From assembly GCA_964016885.1 (NCBI GenBank), contig OZ024743.1:96782001-96846000 (forward strand): a DNA stretch of 64,000 bases, written 5' to 3'. Made by a program: the position numbers and the translations under genes. Below the pieces are notes generated by a model. It was not told the origin of the DNA and did not search any database. It was given only the letters and a program-made list of their open reading frames with translations. The DNA is from Eledone cirrhosa (Eukaryota). Shown here one piece after another: positions 56,388-64,000 of the stretch (its first letter is position 1; every line of letters starts with the position of its first letter).

Positions 56388-58064
56388 GTAAGTATTTATC
56401 ACTTCTGGAAATTTTTATCAAGTTTCAGCTAACATAATTGTAAGTCAAAAATCATCCTTGTCACTCTCTATCAAATTGTGTTGGCCTGAGGAATATGTTA
56501 TGGGTACAAGTGTCTATAAAATGCTCAATAATTTTCTGGTAAAACCCTTGATGGAACCACAGGATCACCAATATTTACAAATACATAAGTATATATGCAT
56601 CCACGTGCAATGCTTCATGGTAGCAAAGCATGGAACATGAATATAAAAGATTCCAAATGACTAGAAAGAAATGAAATGAGCCTTCACCAGTGGATTTGTA
56701 ATGTTGGTGTGTAGGAATGACAGAACACAAATGAACTGAAAGAAACACCTGGCATAAAGGGAACGATATGTAGTGTGCAAGAATAATAATTGCATTGGTA
56801 CACAGAGGTGTAACTAAGGAAAATAGTACCCATGGCAAGTAGAGAATTACACTCCTGCCCAAACATTTGACAAACCTATGGGCTTAATAATTTATATAAA
56901 TGGTTTAATGATCTAGTTACCATAGTGCTTCTCACCTATGATAATCAAGGACAGGTCATACACCTGAAGAAGTTTATTTTTTCACTCTCTGATGATAGCT
57001 TCTCTGACCATTTGATAGAGGAACACCATGGGAAATGTGGGTGGAAGTAGAGAAGACTGACTTCAAGATAGCAAATCTCACAACGGAGATGACAAAGGAA
57101 CCTGGTGATTGCTTCCATGCAATACAGAAGAGTTACTTTCTCATGCAAGCCCATTGAAACAATTTCTGTCACATTGAGAGTCAGAGGTTGAAAGAGAAGA
57201 GACAGTTGGTTTCCCACCCAATTTGTCTCTCCTAACTCCCATCTACCCATTCCATCTACATAATACCTTCTCATCTCCCTTATTTTTACTGCCCCATCCT
57301 CATACTTACTGCATCATACTACCCATGTAATCTAAAAATGGCCTTGGATCTATCTAACAATCTCCAATCTCTAACTCTTACCCTCCTAGACTTTATCAGT
57401 CTTCTTCCTCCCTAGCTATATGCATCAGGTCCATCTATGCCCATACATCTCATCACCCTCCCTATACTGCCAGCCATCACTCCCATCAGCAAAAGCCACT
57501 GCTCTGTTATTTACTCCTTCTCATTCTATATTGTCCCTCTCATCTTTTCATCCATTTTTAGCAATCTTTTATTACCCCTTTTACATTGTGTCTCACCTTC
57601 TGCCTCCCCCATTCTCCAATTCACTCTGTCCTGCTATTGCTGGTGTCATGATAAAAGTACACACATTCATTCACTCTATAAAATGACTGGCATGAGGAAG
57701 AGCATCCAACCATAGAAACTACGCCGCCCCCCCCCCCCCCCCCCCCCCACACACACCATCCAAGGAATATGATTATTCAGAAGGCTCAATGTTGGGACCA
57801 TGTACTATGTAACCAAAGCTACAGTGAAAAGTCACCAAGTCTCAAAAGCATTTGTGAAGAAATAACTATGACCAAGTTTGGTTCCCAATTATAGCTACTT
57901 GACTTTCTTCTCCTAATGATGTATTAGAAAATCAAATCTGTTCATGGTTGTTTATTTTATTTCTATTAATGCTCCTCACACTTGCTGACTTTTCACAGAA
58001 GCTTTTGTAATATTTGATGGTTTCAGCACTCAAACTTCTACAGAACCATATTTTTTTGGAGACA

Positions 58065-58097
<33 letters not shown>

Positions 58098-59261
58098 CAT
58101 ATATATATGTAATGTGGTTGGTGTTAGGAAGATCATACAGCTGTAAAATATACCTGGCCAAATTTACAGTCCTCATTGGAGCATGGTATTGCATGGTCAA
58201 CTCTGGCCAGACTTGTCTCCTAGCATGGACGACACATCTAACCCATGCAAACATTGAAAAATGGATGCTAAACAGTGATGGTGATGATGATTATAATTAT
58301 ATATATCAATATCATCATCATTTCCACTTCCCCTGCTAGCAAGGATTGGACGGGTCTACATATTTATTTATTTCTCAGTCAATTTCATAAACCTTTGATT
58401 ATTTAATGTTCCGTATTGCCCACATCAACTTTAGCAGCTTCATGCTCTACCTTTCCTCTCTCTCTCTCAGATCCCACCCACCTCCTATCCACCACATTCG
58501 GCCTTGTTGTTTGGCAGACATGGCCTTGCACCCCTCTTTTCCACTCCCGTCCTTTCCATTGTTTTTCACACTTACTCCTCCATCAACAATGCTGATTCAC
58601 TACTCTGTGGACTGTTATTGGCCAATGTAGATGAGTATCTAGGAGAGTAATTGCTCTGAGTAAGCTTAAGATTGCATGTGGACGCTCTGCCGTCGGGGTC
58701 TTGAACATTTTCCTATTACCCACTCTACTACCCTAAGTATTGAGTATTCTGGTGCGTTATAGTCCACCTGGTTCTTTACCACACTTCCTTCGTTATTTAT
58801 ATGTATATATATGTATATATGCATCTATATGTATCTGTATATATATATATATATATATATTTGAATTTGTAATTTAAGAGCATCTTTTTTTTTTACTATA
58901 AAAACAATAATAATTTGAGTATATAAAGCCTGGAGAGGGAAGAAATGTGTACTGCACCACCTGTGGGACACATCCACACCCACAATATACTGTTCTGCCA
59001 TACTAGCCATTAAAGTAAAGCACCTGCTGACAATTCTTTTCTGTTATATGAAACTTTATAAACCAGCTAGTAGTAAGTATGTAAACAATCTATTTTTAGA
59101 ACCATTTAGTGATGGGAAGTCTGAATTTGTAAGTTAGAAGCATCAACATCTTTTGACTCTAAAAAATAGGCTCACACACTTATTTAAACCCTGGAGACTG
59201 ACAAACATTTGTACTGTACTGCCCATAGGACTTGAATTTACACCTGCAACATACTGTTTCA

Positions 59262-59620
59262 GGTGCTAAGTTGAAAGCATTCAATATGGGAGTCAGACTC
59301 TGTCAAGGCTGCATACTGTCACCTTTCCTGTTCATAATATTTATGGAAGAGTTGACATGCACAGCCTGGTTGGAAGTGGTATCAAGCTGGAATTTGTGGA
59401 CATCATGGTACTATTTAACTCATTAGAAGCTGATCTTCAACATGCATTTGATAGGCTTGCTGATGAGTGACCCATGAATGAACATCAGTGCCTTGAAGAC
59501 TGAAACACTAATCCTCTCAAGGAATCCTGCAGTTCTCTGTACATGTGAGTGAAGTTCCACTGAAACAGATGGAAAAGTTCAAGTATCTCAGGGTCGTGTT
59601 CATGAGTAATGGATGATACA
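59262..59620 (+). mobile_element. Decayed RTE-clade RT fragment
   Basis: LCQGCILSPFLFIIFME...DLQHAFDRL...KTETL...LKQMEKFKYL with stops. A related fragment lies at about 6820-6977. Confidence 0.7.
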
Positions 59621-60813
59621 GAGATAGATATTGCAACAAATTTCAGCCATGAATATTCATTTTCCTGCTTACTGCCACTTCAATTATTACATTCAACAAC
59701 GTTTTTAGAGTTACTGAAAATCTTATGATTTATTTATATATATATATATTATTGTTTTTATTTTTGTGAAGATACATTAGATTTTGTGCTTATTTTTTGA
59801 AAATATACTTTAGCAGTACTTTGAACAAAGCAGCCATATGGAAAAGATATAGTAATTTAATATTAATATATTAGCTTCTCTTAAATTATTCAGTTACACT
59901 AAATATTGAATAACATTTATCAAACTACTTTTTAAACCATGTTTATAATTTTTCTTTTCTCTTGTTACACCAAAATGCAAATACTTTGGATTAAAAAGCA
60001 TCACACATTAATGTTTTGGAAGAATTTTTTTAATTTATTTGTTTGTCAAAATGGGATGGACTATTCTTTTAAATATTTTTTATTATTTTTTATTTCTTAC
60101 ATTTGATGGTGTATCAAGATAAACAGATGATGTTAGGAACTCTTTCTCTGAATTACAATTTTACATCCATTTAGAACAGTGATGGAAATTGGCTTTGAAA
60201 AATTTCATATAAACTAAATCTAAATAGTGGAATTATATCAGAAAAGCAGGTGATAGGGGTGGCTGCTCCAGGTGTAAGCCATCTGGGGCAAGTTAGGTAC
60301 ATTTAATTAGCAGAAACTTAGCAAAGGGAAAAAATTAAACATTTCCATTAAAAAGAATTGCACCCAATAATAATAAAGGAAAAGTAGCAACAAAAGTTGT
60401 AAAAGTCTTTAGTATCATTTACAGATATACTCCCCTTTTCCAATGAACCATTTACATTTTTGGGGAATGTAAACTCAAAAGAGAACTTAAGAGAGACATA
60501 ACTACAATTTTTGAACTAGAAAACCTTTCTGTAGAAAGAATGAAGTGTAAACACTTCTAACTTTATGGAGAGATAGCTCTTCATACTTTGTTCTTTTCAC
60601 AGCAAAGGCTTTTAATTAAAAAATGGTAGTTATGTCTCCTGAGTTTACCTTAAAATCTTCAAATATACACTCTCTTCAAGAATAAACATTTATTATTTGT
60701 ATATATAATACTACTACTACTAAACTCATCCAGTTCTTTGTGGTGGCATGATAAAACCGTATGTGGTTGACAGCTGAGAGAAAAGAGTACTCAATACTGT
60801 AGAGTTAGTTCTT

Positions 60814-60857
60814 GTTTGATGAACCTATGATAAATAGGTGAAACTCGAGAGTAACTC
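60814..60857 (+). ncRNA. Degenerate hammerhead-like motif
   Basis: UUGAUGA-ACCUAU-gauaa-AUAGGU-GAAA-CUCGAGAG-UA. A related copy near 37110-37146 (-) has ACCUGU/ACAGGU, a compensatory change in stem II. Stem I is eroded. Confidence 0.5.
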
Positions 60858-61170
60858 ACTATTTAGTATTAATAAAATGAATATATATATATATATATAT
60901 ATGCATCAAGTGGTCACTCTGGTGAACCTACAGTAACTGGACATTACATTCCTATATATATATATTATTACATTGTATATATAACAAAGGAATTGTGGTA
61001 AGGAACCAGATGGACCATAACGCACCAGAGTACTCAATACTTAGGGTAGTAGAGTGGGAAATAGGAAAAAGTATGACCCCAACGGCAGAGCTCAAGCCGT
61101 CTCGAGGGCTATTTCTGGACTCAGAAATAGCCGTCGAAACGGCTTGAGCTCTGCCGTCAGGATCATACTT

Positions 61171-61235
<65 letters not shown>

Positions 61236-61563
61236 AAATGATAAGAAATGAAAGGAGCTGTGTTGTTACTGTAAACAAAGTTTAAGATGGTAGTATGGAC
61301 GAAAAAAGAGAAAAAGAAAAAAAGAAAAGTATCCCTCATCAGCTGTAAAACCGAGATCAAGATGTTTCGGTGCTTGATACAGGACATCTATAAGCGATCA
61401 GTGGTGTGCCCACACAAACCCCATACCAGTGCAATAGCTAAAAGTCCAAGATAATAACTTGAATACTCTTGATCATTACCCCTCTTAATTAGCACTGTCT
61501 TCAGGTAAAAGAACAGCAACAACAATTGTACTTATGCACAATTTATATTCTATTTTTTTTCAG

Positions 61564-61678
61564 AGAATTCCTTGCACCTGGTTGTCATAACCCGGTGAAT
61601 GTGGATAGTACAATTGCTGAACTGGTAAGACGGAGGATAGAAAATAACCCTGATCGGTACTGCTTTGATGAAGCTCAG
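61564..61678 (+). CDS. RGS7: RGS7 exon, RGS domain: EFLAPGCHNPVNVDSTIAELVRRRIENNPDRYCFDEAQ
   Basis: TTTTTCAG acceptor, CAG|GTATTT donor, phase 2/0. EFLAPG..VNVD..RY.F..AQ motifs. The remaining exon(s) lie beyond the window. Confidence 0.95.
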
Positions 61679-61859
61679 GTATTTGCTATCGTATTACATT
61701 ATGCTAGTCATTTTAATTTTCTTTATTACAAATATGACTTTTGTGTGTGTGTATATACGTACATATATACTTACGTATACATGTATATATAGACGTCGAA
61801 ACGGCTTGAGCTCTGCCGTCGGGGTCATACTTGTTCCTATATATATATATATATAGATG

Positions 61860-61910
61860 AGATTCTACAGGACTAGAACTGTTTCATTCTTTAGAAATTA
61901 TCAGGAATCT
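61860..61910 (-). ncRNA. Degenerate hammerhead ribozyme
   Basis: Minus strand reads AGAUUC-CUGAUAA-UUUCUAAAGAAU-GAAA-CAGuucuagucCUG-UA|GAAUCU. 6-bp stem I, G8->A in the core. Confidence 0.55.
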
Positions 61911-62357
61911 GGGTATCAAAAAATAAATATGGTATTTATAGGCCTCTTCGGGTGGTAGGAGAGGGTAGGGAGTGGGATGGGTAGAGGTCATTGGTTGATA
62001 GAAAAGGGAATTCATTAAAAGCTAATTCTTTAAAGCTATAATTTATATTTAGAGTAACAAAGGCAGAAAGAATTCTATAAACAAGTTCAGAATGGGGCAC
62101 CACTCCTTATTTTTAAGTTTCTCTAACAATGCCTATATTTCAGGTGTCTATAAGATCATTGGGGGTCAGTCATGGTTGATGGATTTAAAGAAAAGGGAAA
62201 TTCTTTAAAAGCTAATTCTTTAAGGTTCTACTTAGAGTGACAAAGGCCTAAAAAATTCTATAGACCAGTTCAAAATATTGAGTACATATCATACCATTAT
62301 CTTCAAGATTCTCTTAAGCTATATTCCAGGTGTCAACAGACACATTCACAAACACAC

Positions 62358-62392
<35 letters not shown>

Positions 62393-62428
62393 CATATATA
62401 TATACATATATATACATACATATACATA

Positions 62429-62758
62429 CATCATCATCATCATCATTTTACGTCCACTTTTCCCTGCTTGCAAGGGTGGGACGGGAACTGATTCTGGCTT
62501 GATTTCTACAGCTGGATGCCCTTCCTAACACCAACCTCATTTACAGTGAGTGCAGGGTGCTTTTTTGCCATGGCACCTCCACGACCACTTTGCAGTGGAA
62601 TGATATGGACCCCAGTCCCTATCATCTCATTTCTACAGCTGAGTAAACTGGAGCAAAGTGTCTTGCTCAAGGAAACAACACATCACCCAGTCTGAGAATT
62701 GAACTCACAACCTTTCGATTGCAACGCCAATGCTCTAACCACTAAGCCATGTGCCTCC
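62429..62758 (-). mobile_element. tRNA-headed SINE family B with RTE-derived tail, full-length copy
   Basis: Minus strand GGAGGCACATGGCTTAGTGG (A box) ... GAGTTCAATTC (B box) ... GTTAGGAAGGGCATCCAGCTGTAGAAA ... CCCTTGCAAGCAGGGAAAAGTGGACGTAAAA(TGA)n. Other copies at 9211-9592(-), 26914-27108(+), 36101-36427(+), 36831-37101(+), 42307-42573(-) and 43454-43723(-). Confidence 0.88.
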
Positions 62759-62892
62759 ATATATATATACACACATATATACATATATATATACACATAT
62801 ATATACACATACATACATACACACACATACACTTATATATACACATATACGCACATATATACATATATATACACATATACACATATATACAT

Positions 62893-62957
<65 letters not shown>

Positions 62958-63007
62958 CATACACACACATACATATATATATACACATACATACATATAT
63001 ATATATA

Positions 63008-63277
63008 TCATCATCATCATCATCGTTTAACGTCCATATTCCACGCTTGCATGGGTTTGGACGGGAGTTTTCCCACTTGAGGCAAGAGTGGTTGTCTTGC
63101 TCGCATAGGACTATCTGGCGGGTTTTCTACGGCTGGATGCCCTTCCTAACACCAACCACATTTACAGTGTGGAACCGGGAGGATTTACCGTGTTACCTAC
63201 ACGACCTCAATTGTTTCGGGCTGGATGTTGTGGTACCAACATAACTTTACATTGAAAGGGGTGGGGGGTAGTGGGAC
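63008..63277 (-). mobile_element. 5'-truncated copy of the sequence forming the 3' end of the 37661 RTE element
   Basis: Reverse-complement match to 38757-39091. Shorter copies at 24788-25060(-) and 44095-44331(+). Confidence 0.8.
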
Positions 63278-63393
63278 ATATATATATATATATATATATA
63301 CATATGCACACATACATACACACATACACACACATACATATATATATACACACACATATACGCACACATATATATACATATATATACACATAT

Positions 63394-63443
<50 letters not shown>

Positions 63444-63497
63444 ACATACACACACATACATACGCGCATACATATACATACCTATACACACACATAT

Positions 63498-64000
63498 ATC
63501 ATCATCATCATCAGCATCATCAGCATTTTACGTCCGCTTTTCCCTGATTGCAAGGGTGGGACAGGTCTTATTCAGCACAGCATCTCTCCACTCGTCACGG
63601 TCCCTCGTCATCTCCACCGTGAGCTTCAATGATCTGAGGTCTGTTCTCACCACCTCCGCCCATGTTTTTCGTGGTCTACCTCTACCACGTCTTCCCTCAA
63701 CTGGCAATTCCTGGCACTTCTTCACCCATCGGTCATCCTCCATGCGCATCACATGTCCATACCACCTCAGTCTCCTCTCCCGTACACTACATTCTATCCC
63801 TCTCAGACACAGTTTCTCTCTCAACACATTTATGCTGGGTCATTCACGCACATTTACACTGCACATCCAACGGAGCATGCTTGCCTCATTTCTCTCCAGC
63901 CGTCGCATATCCTCTGGAGTTGCTGCCCATGTCTCACTACCATGCAGCATCGTGCTCCTCACACAGGCATCATACAACCGGCCTTTCGTACGCAGGGAGA
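63498..64000 (-). mobile_element. RTE-like LINE 3' end running off the window
   Basis: RERRLRWYGHVMRMEDDRWVKKC...RGRGRPRKTW. The tail CCCACCCTTGCAATCAGGGAAAAGCGGACGTAAAATG(ATG)n is shared with SINE family B. Confidence 0.92.

Noticed and set aside
62690-62758. tRNA gene (also 9525-9592, 36101-36155)
   Set aside because: A/B boxes are present but there is no proper acceptor stem and each continues into a SINE body, so these are SINE heads.

Overview
AT-rich, repeat-dense animal genomic DNA. The (TA)n/(CAT)n microsatellite load and the SINE/RTE repertoire suggest an octopus or other coleoid cephalopod, but that is inference. The whole window lies inside one + strand gene of the R7 regulator-of-G-protein-signalling family (RGS7/EGL-10-like). 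Seven GT-AG coding exons splice in frame across the DHEX end, linker, GGL domain and most of the RGS domain, and there is a candidate 21-nt microexon just before the GGL domain. The two large introns (about 23 and 26 kb) are filled with mobile DNA: two tRNA-headed SINE families, RTE-like, R4/Dong-like and CR1-like LINE fragments, a mariner remnant, TTAA-flanked piggyBac-type MITEs, a 2.15-kb non-autonomous Helitron, and many short probable Penelope-like fragments. The most notable observations are: (1) an apparently intact minimal type I hammerhead ribozyme on the pre-mRNA sense strand (43247-43305) plus several degenerate relatives; (2) a 3.5-kb 44-bp minisatellite amplified from the coding region just after the zinc knuckle of an R4/Dong-like LINE; (3) a 77-bp minisatellite amplified from inside a SINE; (4) many foldback and inverted-repeat structures, including pairs that bracket exons and one just upstream of the microexon. 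All alignments and folds were done by eye and no database was searched.
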